This document shows, piece after piece, positions 22,983 to 36,588 of a DNA stretch of 64,000 nucleotides (position 1 is the stretch's first letter; the number at the start of each line of letters is the position of its first letter). A program made the position numbers and the translations under genes. The notes below the pieces were generated by a model. It was not told the origin of the DNA. It did not search any database and saw only the letters and a program-made list of their open reading frames with translations. This stretch comes from Anaeramoeba ignava BMAN (taxonomy: Eukaryota; Protista; Anaeramoebae): positions 248,001 to 312,000 of the forward strand of contig JAPDFW010000066.1 in assembly GCA_028826165.1 (NCBI GenBank), read 5' to 3'.

Positions 22983-25613
22983 ATGATTTTAATTCTAATT
23001 ATTGCATCAATTATTTTTATTATATTTGGAGTGATTGTTTTAATGTAAATTAATAATAAAATTTAATTTAAAAAATTAAATGATAAAATTTTAAAAAAAA
23101 ATTTTTTTAAAAAAATTAAAAATAAAAAGCACTTTTTCAAAAATGAAAAACAAAATTAAAACAACAAATAATGAAATGACTAAATTAAAAGAAAATTATG
23201 AGAAATTAAGTTTGGAAAAAGAAAAAGCAGAAAAACAACTTGAAAATTTTTCACAAAATATTTCTCAAGTTAATAATTTAGAATCAAATGAATTTCAAAA
23301 ACAAATTGAACAACTTCAAACAAAAACTCAAAAACTCAAAACCAAAAAAAATGGTTTACAACAAAAATTATCTGAAAAATATCAAGAATTAAGTCAAGAA
23401 AATGAAAAAAATCATGGATTACTTCAATCAATTGAAGAAATGAAAGAAAATCAATTAAAAGAAACAGATTCAATTAAATCAAAGTTTGAAGAAAAAATTC
23501 AAAATCTTCAATTTAGTCTTTCAAACTCTCAAAAACTACTTGATCAAAACAAAGAAAATGAAGATAAATCTTCCAATTATCAAACTAGAATTGAAGAATT
23601 GGAAACAGAAAAGGAACAATTACAACTAAAAATAAAAAAAACAAAAAATAAAAGAAATGATTTAAAGCAAGAATACCAAAATCTTGATCAACAAAAAAAG
23701 CAAATTGAAAATGAATACAATGAAAAATTAACAGATTCACAACAAAAAATACATTTAAAAGAAAGTGAATTAGGGAAAATAACGGAAGAATTGGATAATA
23801 AAAAAGAAGAAATATCAAATATTCAAATTCAATTTGAAGAATATAAAAAGGATAGTGAAATTTTGGAAGATAAAATCAAGGACAAAGATGTTGAAATAAT
23901 GAAATTGAAAAAGGAAGTTGAAGAAAAAGAAGAATTGGAACATGAACTCAAAGATTTGAAGGAAAAAATGATTCAAGTCAAAGAAAAAAAATCGAATGTT
24001 AAAAAGGCATTTCAAGCTTTTCAACATCAATCAAAAAATGATGGTTATGAAACTACTTTATTAAAACAAGAAATTGAAAGTTTAAAGAGTAAATTATCAA
24101 CAAAAGATTTAGAGATGCAAAGACTTAAAGAAGAAGAAAAAAAAAGAACAAATGAAAATTTAATTAATTTGAAGCAATCACAAATGGAAAGTAATTTATC
24201 TAAAGAAAATGTTAACAGATTGCAACAAACTATTACAGAAAAAGAAGATATTATTCAAAATAATAAAGAAGAGATTCGCAAACTTTATGAATCTAATAAT
24301 TTACTTCAAAATCAAAATCAAAAATTCAAAGAAAAGGAAATTCAACTTCAATCTGAATTGGATTCATTAAGGCAAGAAATTCAACATGAAAAGAATACAA
24401 AAGAATACTTGCAACAATCAATATTAGAATCTGATAAATCAACAGAACAAAATGCACTTTTTGAAGATGAAACATCATTTCAAAGAAGTGGAAATTATGA
24501 AGAAAATAATTCGTTATCTAATCCTCAAAAAGAAGAAATACAAGAAGAAATACAAGAAGAATATGATCCGTTATCCCAAACAAAACCAAAAGAGAAAAAA
24601 CAGAAATCACCAAAAAAGAAAGATAATTTAATTAAAGAAACAAAACCAAAAGATAAAACAAAAGATAAAACAAAAGAAGAAAATCCATTATTTGAAGATT
24701 CAAAACCAAAAGAGAAAAAACAGAAATCACCAAAAAAGAAAGATAATTTAATTGATGAAAATCCATTATTTGAAGATTCAAAACCAAAAGAAAATGAAGA
24801 CTTATTTGCAGACACAAAACCAAAAGATAAAACAAAAGATGAAAATTCATTATTTGAAGATTCAAAACCAAAAGAAGATGTTTCATTTCCAAAACCAAAA
24901 GATAAAACAAAAGAAGAAAATCCATTATTTGAAGATTCAAAACCAAAAGAGAAAAAGGTTTTCATTTCCAAAACCAAAAGATAAAACAAAAGAAGAAAAT
25001 TCATTATTTGAAGATTCAAAACCAAAAGAGAAAAAAGGTTTTTCATTTCCAAAACCAAAAGATAAAAAAGATAAATCACCAAAAAAGAAAGATAATTTAA
25101 TTGATGAAAATCCATTAATTGAAGATTCAAAACCAAAAGAAAATGAAGATTTATTTGGAGAAACAAAACCAAAAGAGAAAAAACAGAAATCACCAAAAAA
25201 GAAAGATAATTTAATTAAAGAAAATCCATTATTTGAAGATTCAAAACCAAAACAAGATGTTTCATTTCCAAAACCAAAAGATAAAACAAAAGATGAAAAT
25301 TCATTATTTGGAGAAACAAAATCAAAACAAGATAAAAAACTATTGGATAATGTTTTTCAAAATTTTTCAAAAACTACAACTCAAACTCAAAAATCTTTTT
25401 TTCAAACTGATAATTTATTTCTTGTAAAGATTAAATATTTAATTTAATAATAAGGAAAAATTTATTCAAATAATTTATAAATATTTTTTATTAGGATGAT
25501 GATGATGACGATGATGATGATGATATTTTTAGTTCTAAACCAAAAAACAACAAACTAAACAAGATGATATTTTTAGTACATTGTCCAAAATTGAGAATCT
25601 TAAAAAAAATTAA
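22983..25613 (+). CDS. N-terminally membrane-anchored coiled-coil protein with a repetitive LF-acidic C-terminal tail
   Basis: Exon 22983-23044 (MILILIIASIIFIIFGVIVL, TM/signal) splices in frame to 23130. Long coiled coil, then ENPLFEDSKPK repeats. Intron ~25424-25494 is followed by DDDDDDDDDDIF. Apparent 1-nt shifts at ~24955 and ~25545. Confidence 0.65.
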
Positions 25614-26175
25614 TTCAATTTAGTTTCAATTCAATTCAATTCTATTTAATCCAATTCAATATTCAATTCAATTCAATATTCAATTCGATTCAATAATTTC
25701 AATTCAATTCAATTTTAATTCAATTCAATATTTAATTTAATTCAATTCAATATTCAATTTAATATTTAATATTTAATTCAATTTAATTTAATATTTAATT
25801 CAATATTCAATTCAATATTTAATTTCAATTCAATATTCAATTTAATATTTAATTTCAATTCAATATTCAATTTAATATTTAATATTTAATTCAATTCAAT
25901 TCAATTCGATTTAATATTTAATTTCAATTTAATTCAATATTCAATTTAATTCCAATTTAATATTCAATTTAATATTTAATTCAATTTAATTCAATTTAAT
26001 TCAATTCAATATTAATTCAATTTAATTCAATTTAATATTTAATTCAATTCAAATCAATTTAATTCATATTCAATTCAATATTTAATTTAATATTTAATTC
26101 AATTCCAATTCCATTTCAATTTAATATTTAATTCAATTCAATTTAATCCAATTCAATTCAATTCAATTTAATTTT
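25610..26175. repeat. Degenerate (ATTCA/ATTTA/ATATTCA)n microsatellite
   Basis: Visible directly. Confidence 0.85.
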
Positions 26176-26234
26176 TAATAAATTCGAAAAAATCATTTTT
26201 TTCATTTTTCATTTGTTTCATTTTCAAAAAAAAA

Positions 26235-26894
26235 ATAATAGAAAGATTTTTTATTGTTTGTGGAGAACAAAATGTAGGAAAAACTCACCAAATTCAAATT
26301 ATATTCAATTTAATTAAAAATAAATTCAAATCAATTAATATTGGTGGATTTATACAAAAAAAAATTTTTGATTCAAAAAATAATTTCCAAGGATATGATT
26401 TATTACTTCTTCCAGAAATCAAAATATATCCTTTTATAAGAATCAAATCAACTGGATTAAATAAAGAAATATCAAAAGAAATGAAACTCAAAAGAGATCC
26501 AAGAGAAAGATTTGATTTTGATAATTCTGTATTTAAAATTGTTGAAAATCAATTAAAAAAATTATCTGGAAAAACAAACATTTGGATATTTGATGAACTT
26601 AGTAAACTTGAAGCTCAAGGAAATGGTCATATTAATCCAATTAAATCACTTTGGGAAAAAGAAAAAAATTCAAATTCTTTGTTTTTATTTTCAATTAGAG
26701 ATTTTCTTGTTCCAAAAATTATTCCATCAATTTTATCATCTGAAAAAGAAAATGATTCAATTCAAAACTTTGACAATTTAACAAAGAAATATAAAATTGA
26801 GAAACTTCAATTACCAACTGATTCACAAACTATTGAGAACTTCCAGATTTCTATTATAAATTCATTATCCAAAAATTTAAATTTTAAAATTTGA
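26235..26894 (+). CDS. Small P-loop NTPase (NTPase_1/THEP1/DUF2478-like); expected start codon reads ATA
   Basis: The frame is open from ~26235: IERFFIVCGEQNVGKT (Walker A), IGGFIQKK...GYDL and WIFDELSKLE (Walker B). Confidence 0.7.
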   Translation: MIERFFIVCGEQNVGKTHQIQIIFNLIKNKFKSINIGGFIQKKIFDSKNNFQGYDLLLLPEIKIYPFIRIKSTGLNKEISKEMKLKRDPRERFDFDNSVFKIVENQLKKLSGKTNIWIFDELSKLEAQGNGHINPIKSLWEKEKNSNSLFLFSIRDFLVPKIIPSILSSEKENDSIQNFDNLTKKYKIEKLQLPTDSQTIENFQISIINSLSKNLNFKI

Positions 26895-26985
26895 TTTAAA
26901 ATTTGATTTAAAATTTGATTTAAAATTTAAAGAAATAAAAATTCAATTTAACAATTTATTTTTAATTTATTCATTTATAGAAAAT

Positions 26986-27990
26986 TTAGAATTTAAAATC
27001 TAAATTGTTGTTATACAAATTAAATAAATTTCGACATTCTTCTAATTGTTTAATTGAATAACCAGTTACAAAAATAATTAAATCATCATCTGGAAAATAT
27101 ATTGATAAAATAGAAGCTGCAATTTCACTTGGGAAAAAATTAACAGAAATTGGATTTTTTATTACAATTTTAATCAATTTAATCATTTTTGTATAAATAT
27201 CATCATCTTGAACAATAAATTGATTTTTTTCATTTTGAAAAATAAATATTTCCTTCTTTTCTTTATTCACTTGAAGAAAATTTGAAACTCTTGATAGAAA
27301 ATATTCTAAAAAACTATTTACTGTTGTTGGAATAAAAGAATCTATTATTTTGATTAATTCAACTTCTAAATTACTAATTTGATTATAACTTTTTGATTTT
27401 TTATGATATTTTGGAAAAAACATTTGAAAACAAGAAATTGAAGGAACTTCTTCTTCATAAACTTTCCCAGCAATAGAAACACATGCTATTATTGCAAAAT
27501 CACTTTGATTTTTTAAAGTTAAAGGTAAAGATGAAATCATTTTATCAAGATAATAAACAGCAAAAAAAAAAGTTTCATTTTGAAAATTTAATTTTGAACA
27601 AATTGTATCAATTTTTTGAATTGCTTTAATTCTAAATGAAAAATCAATAATTTCTTCTTCTTTTTCTTCTTTATTTTGTGATTTTGAAAAAATGGTTAAA
27701 TTTTGGAAAATTTTTTGTTCTTTTTCAAACATTTTTTGTAATTGAACTGTTTGAAGTGTTTGAATTGATATTTTAATTGGTGATTTTTCGTTTAAATCAT
27801 TTTTAGAAATGAAAGAACATAAAAATTTATTTGGTATTAATTTTCTTTTTATTTGTATTTCTTTTGATTTATTATTTGAATTAATTAATTGATTAATTTT
27901 TTCAATATTTTTTTCTTTTGATTGATTTGGAAAAAATGAATTTATATTATATTTAATTATATTTTTTTTAACAAATTTTGGAAAAATCAT
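26986..27990 (-). CDS. Cyclin (cyclin box; D/B-like)
   Basis: RIKAIQKID.IC..LNFQNETFFFAVYYLDKM, IACVSIAGKVYEE, LEVELIK and FFPSEIAAS. Confidence 0.85.
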   Translation of the reverse strand: MIFPKFVKKNIIKYNINSFFPNQSKEKNIEKINQLINSNNKSKEIQIKRKLIPNKFLCSFISKNDLNEKSPIKISIQTLQTVQLQKMFEKEQKIFQNLTIFSKSQNKEEKEEEIIDFSFRIKAIQKIDTICSKLNFQNETFFFAVYYLDKMISSLPLTLKNQSDFAIIACVSIAGKVYEEEVPSISCFQMFFPKYHKKSKSYNQISNLEVELIKIIDSFIPTTVNSFLEYFLSRVSNFLQVNKEKKEIFIFQNEKNQFIVQDDDIYTKMIKLIKIVIKNPISVNFFPSEIAASILSIYFPDDDLIIFVTGYSIKQLEECRNLFNLYNNNLDFKF

Positions 27991-28256
27991 TTAAAAAAAA
28001 AATGAAAAAAAATGAAAAATAAAAAAAATGGAAAAAAATTAAAAATTTTTTAATTAAAAAATTAAACTTAAAATAATAGATTTTTGAATAATAATTAATT
28101 TTAAAATGAATAATTTGAAATAAAAATGAAAAATTTTCTTGTTTTTTTTTTTTTGATCTTTATTTAAATTTTTTTTTTTGATTAATAAAAAGAAATTCAT
28201 TTTTTTATTTTGCTTTTTTTTTAATTTTTTGCTTTTTAATTAAAAAATAAAAACAA

Positions 28257-30148
28257 ATGGGAATCAAACATTCTATTTCAACAGTTATTTCTTCAAGAAA
28301 GAAAAAATCTTTTTTAAAACTTCTTGGATTTTCAATTGAATCTATAATTTTAGTTAATAATTCAGATAAAATATTATATGCAAATTCAGTTGCTGAAAAT
28401 TTCTTTTGTGATTCAACAAAAAAATCTTTAACACATTTTAAATTTTCAGAAATTAGTAATCAAAATCAATTCCAAATGAATAAATCTTTTCAAGAAGCTC
28501 AAATTGAAATTATTGATAAAATTATTAAGTAAAAAAAAACTCAAAAAAAATTTTTTTTTCATTGATTTTTTTTTTAATCCAAAAATTCACAACAAAAAAA
28601 CAAAAACAAAAAACAAAAAAAATAGAGCAAATGATCAAGCTTATGATTTTGATTGGGTTATGAAAACAATATCTGGAAAAGAATTACTTGTTCATATTTG
28701 GGTAAAACAATTTCATTTTATAAATATTTATTTAAATATTTGATTTAAATATTTGATTTAAATATTTGATATAAATATTGATATAAATATTTGATTTAAA
28801 TATTGATTTAAATATTTGATATAAATATTGATATAAATATTGATTTAAATATTGATTTAAATATTTGATTTAAATATTTGATTTAAATATTTGATTTAAA
28901 TATTTGATTTAAATATTTGATTTAAATATTTGATTTAAATATTGATTTAAATATTTGATTTAAATATTTAAAAACAAAAAAAAAATATAAATATTGATTT
29001 TTAAAATTTGATTTAAAAAATATTTGATTTAAATATTGATTTAAAATATTGATTTAAATATTTGATTTTAAATATTTGATTTAAAATTTGATTTAATTAT
29101 TTGATTTAAATATTTGATTTAATTTAAATATTTGATTTAATTATTTGATTTAAATATTTGATTTAATTATTTGATTTAAATATTTGATTTAAATATTTGA
29201 TTTAAATATATTTATTTGTTTTAAATATTTGTTTTAAATATTTGATTTAAATATTTGATATAAATATTAATTTAAATATTGATTTAAATATTTGATTTAA
29301 ATATTGATTTAAATATTGATTTAAATATTTGATTTAAATATTTATTTAAATATTTGATTTAATTATTTGATTTAAATATTTGATTTAAATATTGATTTAA
29401 ATATATTTATTTGTTTTAAATTTATTTATTTATTTGTTTCATTTAAATTTATTTATGAATTTAGGCAACTCTAATTGATTTTGGTGGAGAAATTTGTGTT
29501 CAACAAATAATTCGAAAAACTCCAAATTTTAAAAAAACAGAAACTTCACAAAAATCAGAAACCTCACAAGAAAAAAATTCAGAATCAAATTTAGATTCAA
29601 ATTCAGAAAAAAGTGGAATAATATCAAAAAACAATCCATTTAATCAAATTGATGTTTCAAATCTTTCATCAACAGATAAAACATCAACAAGTTCTCAAGT
29701 AACTCCAGTAATAAACATAAGAAATCCAACATTTTTATCAGTTGAAGATCAAGAATTTGAAGAAGATCTCGAAAATAAAATTGATACAACCAAAATGAAA
29801 ATAAGAAGTTTTGATGATCCTGAAATTGAACTTAAAATTGTTGATGCTTTGAATTCAATCCAAAAACTATCTTTAGAATGGATTTCTTCTAAAAATTTAT
29901 TTTTACAAGACATTTCAGATCGAATCCAATCAGAACGTCAAAAGTTTCGTCAAAAATATAATCAACTTGAATCTCAATTACAAAGAAGACTTGGTGGATT
30001 TGAAGCTGAAAAAGAAGTTAAAAATTCTGTTGTGAAAAAAAATGAAAAACTTAAAAAACAACTTGATTCAATTAGTGAAATTATTAAAGAACAATCTCCA
30101 ATTACACAAAAACTTTATCAAGAAGTTAAAAATTTGGAAACAAATTAA
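28257..30148 (+). CDS. PAS-domain protein with a C-terminal coiled coil; exons 28257-28528, 28626-28701, 29465-30148
   Basis: ESIILVNNSDKILYANSVAENFF is a PAS core and FDWVMKTISGKELLVHIW|ATLI is PAC-like. The GT-AG junctions keep the frame. The MG start may be myristoylated. Confidence 0.75.
28725..29400. repeat. 12-13 bp minisatellite (TATTTGATTTAAA)n in PAS gene intron 2
   Basis: Visible directly. Confidence 0.9.
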
Positions 30149-30270
30149 AATCAAGAAAAAAAAAAGTGGAACAAAAAAAAATATTTTTTTTTTCTCAATT
30201 TCTTTTTTTAATTTTATGAAGAAATAAAAATAGGAATCAAAAATCAAAAATTAAATTTTAAATTTTAAAT

Positions 30271-33200
30271 TTAAATTTTTGTATTAACTTTAACTGTTTG
30301 AACTTTTTTAATAATTTCTTTTGCTTGTTTTAATAATATAAGAGTTCTTTTCAATTTTTTTCTTCGATCTTTAATAGCAGGATCTTCATTCAAAAGTTCA
30401 TCCATTAATTCTTCATCATAAATACGTGCCATCAATTCACCTTCAAGAATAGATTTTAAAGGATTAACAAGTGAATACATGACAGTTTTTGGAACACTAT
30501 CAAAAATGGATATTTTAACTGTTCTAAAATAAGATATAACAACCTCTCTAACTAACCAAATATCTCGATTTGCTTGATTTTTTTCATGGAAAATTCCTTG
30601 TGCATTTCTTTTTAAACTTGAACACCAAGTTTTCAATGCTACTTCATTTTCTGCTAACAATTCCATAAATTCTCCTCCATCAACTGTATTTATTGGATGT
30701 CTTATTCTGAAATATGTTTTCAAGTTTTGTTCTGGTATTGGATAATTTTTTGATTTACTAAAAATTGATTTTTTTCTTTTCGGTTGATCTGTTGGACCTT
30801 CTGGAAAATCTATTAATTTCTCTAAATTGGTTAATTTTCCAAAATGTCATGTTTGTGAATATTTTTTGTTTTATCAATTTTTTATATGCTTTTTGATTTA
30901 AATTTACTTGAAACCTCAGGATCATCTTTCTTTTCTTCAAGCTCTTTTTTTATTTTCTCAATATCATCAACTGTTTCAATAATACATCCTTCCAAAGGAA
31001 CAACTCCCAAAGCTGTTGGTTCTTTTGGACCAGAATAATAAAACAAGGTTTTAGCCTTCAAAACAAACCAACGTCTTTGCCACTTCTTAGTTTTACTTCT
31101 TCTTTTTTCAAGCCATCCTTCCAAAATATCACTTTTTTTATCTTCAGTAAATCTTCTAATATGCAAAGTTGGATTTTCAAAATTAATATAAGCAAGTTCC
31201 ATTCGAATAACTTGTTCTATAAGTTCCAATGTTGGTTTTGTTAATCTTTTTATTAATGCAATAGAAATTTCTAAGATTCTTGTTCGAAGCATTGGGAAAT
31301 TTTCAAAATATTGAATCTTATTTGTTGTATCTGTAATAATTCCTATCAACTCTTTTTCAACATCCATAATACATTTCTTGCATGGTTCAAATAATCTAAG
31401 AAGTCCAACTCTAATTGCCCAATGAAATGCTTTTTCAGGAATTCCCATTCTTGATATTGCTCCTTCTGAGTTTTGTATATATTTCGAAATTGCTAAATTA
31501 ATTTTATCCAAAAAAATTTTAACATAAATATATTTTTTTACATGAAAGAATATTTTATTTTTACTTTCTTCATCTAAATCATCTTCAAGTCTTAAATCTT
31601 CAATATTATCATGTAAAGCTGTTGTATAATGATATTTAATTTTAGCTCCTCCAAGTAATCTTTCTGAAAATTTTGAAACAACTGATCCATCAACATCTGA
31701 ACTTGTTCCATCAATTAAATTTTTAAATTCTTGTGCAAATCCTGATAAAGATCTAAATGCAATCTTTTTTTTTATTTTTATATATTTATATTTATATATT
31801 TATTTTCTTATTAAATTTAAATTATTATTAACCTGTTTTCTTTGAATTTCTCCTTCAGTTTCTCCAATTTTTTCTAATTCACTTTCTGTTTTTGATAAAT
31901 TTTCATCAACACTTTTTGAAATTTCAGGAAGAGAATTTTGAATATGTTGAATTAATTTCTATTAAAATTAAAATATCAACAATTAAAATATAAATATTTT
32001 TTATAAATAAATATTATTTAAAATATTAAATATTTTTTATAAATAAATAATATTTAAAATATTTAAAATATTCTTTATAAATAAATATCGAAATATTTAA
32101 AATATTCTTTATAAATAAATATTTAAAATATTCTTTATAAATATCAATATTATTTAAAATATAAAATATTTTTATAAATAAATATCAACATTATTTAAAA
32201 TATAAAATATTATTTTATAAATAAATATCAATATTATTTAAAATATAAAATATTATTTATAAATAAATATCAATATTATTTAAAATATAAAATATTTTTA
32301 TAAATAAATATCAATATTATTTAAAATATAAAATATTCTTTATAAATAAATATCAATATTATTTAAAATATAAAATATTTTTATAAATAAATATCAATAT
32401 TATTTAAAATATAAAATATTTTTTATAAATAAATATCAATATTATTTAAAATATAAAATATTTTTAAAAATAAAAATTATTTATAATATTATTTAAAATA
32501 TAAAAATATTTTTATAAATAAATATCAACATTATTTAAAAATATAAAATATTTTTATAAATAAATATTATTTAAAATATAAAATATTTTTTTAAATATCA
32601 ATATTATTTAAAAATATAAAATATTTTTATAAATAAATATCAATATTATTTAAAATATAAAATATTTTTATAAATAAATATCAATATTATTTAAAATATA
32701 AAATATTCTTTATAAATAAATATCAATATTATTTAAAATATAAAAATATTCTTTTAAATAAAATATTTAAAATATTAAAAATATTTAAAATATATAAAAT
32801 ATTATTTTTTTAAATATAAATAAAAAATATTTAAAAAATATAAAATATTTTTATAAATAAATAATTATTTTAAAATATAAAAATATTTTTTAAAAAATAT
32901 AAATATTTTTTATAAATAAATATCAACATTATTTAAAAATATAAAAAATATTCTTTTATAAATAAATAATATTATTTAAAATATAAAATATTATTTTATA
33001 AATAAAAAATATAAAATATTATTTTAAAAATAAAATATTTAAAAATATAAAATATAAATAAAATCAATAATAAAATATTTTTTAAAAAATATAAATATTA
33101 TTTATTTTTTATTATAAATAAAATCAACATTATTTTAAAATATAAAATATTTTTATAAATAAATATCAACATTATTTAAAATATAAAATATTTTTATAAA

Positions 33201-36200
33201 TAAATATCAACATTATTTAAAATATAAAAATATTTTTATAAATAAATATCAATATTATTTAAAAATATAAAATATTTTTATAAATAAATATCAATATTAT
33301 TTAAAATATAAAATATTTTTATAAATAAATATCAATATTATTTAAAATATTAAATATTCTTTATAAATAAATATCAACATTATTTAAAATATATAAAAAT
33401 ATCAATATTTAAAAATAAATAAAATATTTTTTAAAAAAATAAAATATTATTTTAAAAATAAAATATTTTTAAAATAAAATATTATTTTAAAAATATATAA
33501 AATATTTTTATTTAAAAATTAAATATTTTTAAAATATAAATATTATTTTTATAAATAAAAATAAATAATATTTAAAAATATTTTTAAAATAATATTTAAA
33601 ATATAAATATTTTTTATAAATAAATATCAATATTATTTAAAATATAAAATATTCTTTATAAATAAATATCAATATTATTTAAAATATAAAATATTCTTTA
33701 TAAATAAATATCAATATTATTTAAAATATAAAATATTCTTTATAAATAAATATCAATATTATTTAAAATATAAAATATTTTTTATAAATAAATATCAACA
33801 TTATTTAAAATTGTAGCAAGATATCCAGATCCCATTTTATCTGCAATATGAGCATATTTTGGATGAGTTTGAAAGAATGTTTCTTCTGAACTCAAAGCTT
33901 CTTTTACTTTTTTCTTTTGGTCAATATCTTTTTGACCTCTATTAACAACTCCAATAAATTTCATTCCAAGTAAATCTCCATTAAGAATATCAAGTGCATC
34001 AGTTCCTTCATCCATTAAATCAAGTTTTGTTAAAACTCCAATTGTTCTTTCTCCTATAAAAGAAATCGAATCAATTTTTTGATTTTAATTTTGAAATTTG
34101 AATTTAATTTTGATTTTGAATTTTGAATTTGAATTTAATTTTTAATTTTGATTTTGATTTTGAATTTAATTTTGAATTAAATTTTAATTTTGAATTTGAT
34201 TTTGAATTTGATTTTTGAAATGAAATTTTTACTTTTTGGATCAACACTTTTTGCTAATTTTAATGAATCGGAATTTGCAAGATCACTATTTGCAGGTGTT
34301 ACTGCTAGAATGATACAATTAGGTCTTTTGATATAATTTAACACCATACTTTCAATTTGTTTTTCAATATCTTCAGGTTGATCACCTTTAATAATTTTTA
34401 AATCAAAAATTGAATTTAATTTTAAATTTGAATTTGAATTTTGAATTTGAATTTTGAATTTTAATTTGAATTTTGAATTGAATTTGAATTGAATTTGAAT
34501 TTGAATTTGAATTTGAATTTGATTTTGAATTTTAATTTGAATTTTAATTTGAATTGGAATTTGAATTTGATTTTGATTTTGAATTTAAATTTGAATTTGG
34601 AATTTGATTTTGAATTTGATTTTGATTTTTGTTTTGGATTTGATTTTGAATTTGATTTTGATTTTGATTTTGAATTGAATTTGAATTTGATTTTTGATTT
34701 TTGTTTTGGATTTGATTTTGAATTTGATTTTGAATTTGATTTTGAATTTGATTTTGAATTTGATTTTGATTTTGAAATTGAATTTTGAATTTGAATTTGA
34801 ATTTGAATTTGATTTTGAATTTGAATTTGATTTTAATTTTAATTTTAATTTTAAATTTGAATTTTGAATTTGAATTTGAATTGGAATTTTAATTTGAATT
34901 TGAATTTGAATTGGAAATTGAATTTTGAATTTGATTTTGAATTTTAATTTGAATTTGATTTTTAATTTTGTTTTGGATTTGAATTTGAATTTGATTTTGA
35001 TTTTGAATTTGATTTTGAATTTTGAATTTGATTTTGAATTTTGATTTTGAATTTTAATTTTGATTTTGATTTTGAATTTAATTTGAATTTGATTTGAATT
35101 TGAAATTGGAAATAAGATTCTAAAGAAAGCATACCAACAGCAATTTTAGTTACTCCTGGTAAATCAATTAATGTTAAATTAACAACATTTGGTGAATAAA
35201 GTCTAAGATTAATTGGTAATGGTGATAATCCTTTATTTCTTCCTGTAATTCTCTCAGTATCTCTTTCAATTTCTTGACGAATTTCATCAAAATCATAATA
35301 TTTTTGTTTACTTTGATGTAAAAAAACTCCATATTCTTAATAAACAAAATAAAAGAAAATAAAAGAAATAATTTTAATTTCAATTTTAATATTTAATTTT
35401 TTTACCTTCTTGAAGAGTTGTATCTCTTATTAATTGTAAAACAAGTGGTCTTCTTGTTACAATTCCTGATCCACTATTTAATTATAAATTTAAATTTAAT
35501 TTTTATTTTTTAATTTTAATTTGAATATTAATTTTAATTTTAATTTTAATTTTAATTTTAATTTTAATTTTAAATTTAATTTTAATTTTAATTTTAATTT
35601 TAATTTTAATTTTAATTTTAATTTTAATTTTAATTTTATAAATGAATTTTAATATTAATTTTAATTTTAATTTTAATTTTAATTTTAATTTTAATTTTAA
35701 TATTTATTTTAATTTTATAAATGAATTTGAATTTTAATTTTAATTTTAATTTTAATTTAATTTTAAATGAATTTTAATTTTATAAATTTAATTTTTAATT
35801 TTAATTTTAATTTTGATTTTAATTTTAATTTTAATTTGAATTTAAATGAATTTTAATTTTAATTTCTGTTATTATTTTTGTTATTTTTACCGTGGTAGAA
35901 AATCTCTTCCAACAACACTTTCTAAAACACTACTTTTCCCAGAACTTTGACAACCAACAACTGCAATTTGAGGTAAATCAAGATTTGCAATTCTAAAAAT
36001 TGATTAATTCAATTTTAATTAAAAAAGAAAAAATAATTAAATTCATTTTTTATAAATTATTTTTAATTAATTTTTTCTCTTTTATTTTATATTTTTCTAT
36101 TTATTAACCCAAGTTTTGTAAATGCATCATGAAGTTTATTAACAATTTCAATGAGTAAACTTCCTTCTTTATTTGCATTTTTTTCATTTTTTGATTGGGT

Positions 36201-36380
36201 ATTTGTTCTTCTTATTGAATTTTGTTTTTCTTTATTTTGTTTTTCATTTGATTTTTGATTTTGTTTTTCTTTGTTTTGTTTTTCTTTTGTTGAATTTGTT
36301 TTTTTTTGTGGTTTTTTTTCTTCTTTTTTATTTGTTTCTTTATTTGAATTTTTTGATTTATTTTGATTTTTTGAACTCAT
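30271..36380 (-). CDS. Dynamin-family GTPase with middle domain, PH domain and GED (multi-exon, no PRD)
   Basis: [58 protein letters not shown]; [19 protein letters not shown]...LKTWCSSL; [27 protein letters not shown]. Confidence 0.92.
31985..33811. repeat. ~39-40 bp tandem repeat filling a 1.84-kb dynamin intron, derived from the exon/donor junction
   Basis: Unit 'tataaataaatatcaa(t/c)attatttaaaatataaaatatt'. The terminal copy contains the last exon codons and the GT donor (33798-33799). Confidence 0.9.
34080..35865. repeat. Hexamer microsatellites in dynamin introns (~34080-34220, ~34410-35110, ~35480-35865)
   Basis: (TTTGAA/TTTTGA/TTTTAA)n tracts. Confidence 0.9.
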
Positions 36381-36588
36381 TTTAAAATTTAAAATTAAAT
36401 GAATAAAAATGAATAAAAATGAATAAAAATGAAAAAATGAAAAAATGAAAAAATGAAAAAATGAAAAAATGAAAAAATGAAAAAAAAATGTTTTTTATTC
36501 CAATTTTTTTTCTTATCAAAAATCCAAAAAAAAAAAGAAAAATCATTTAGAAATCAATTTGGAAATCAATTTAAAAATCAATTTGGAA

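Noticed and set aside
26426-26435. ATATCCTTTT on the sense strand of the NTPase gene as a second U12 donor
   Set aside because: The frame is open through it and no intron is needed; probably chance.
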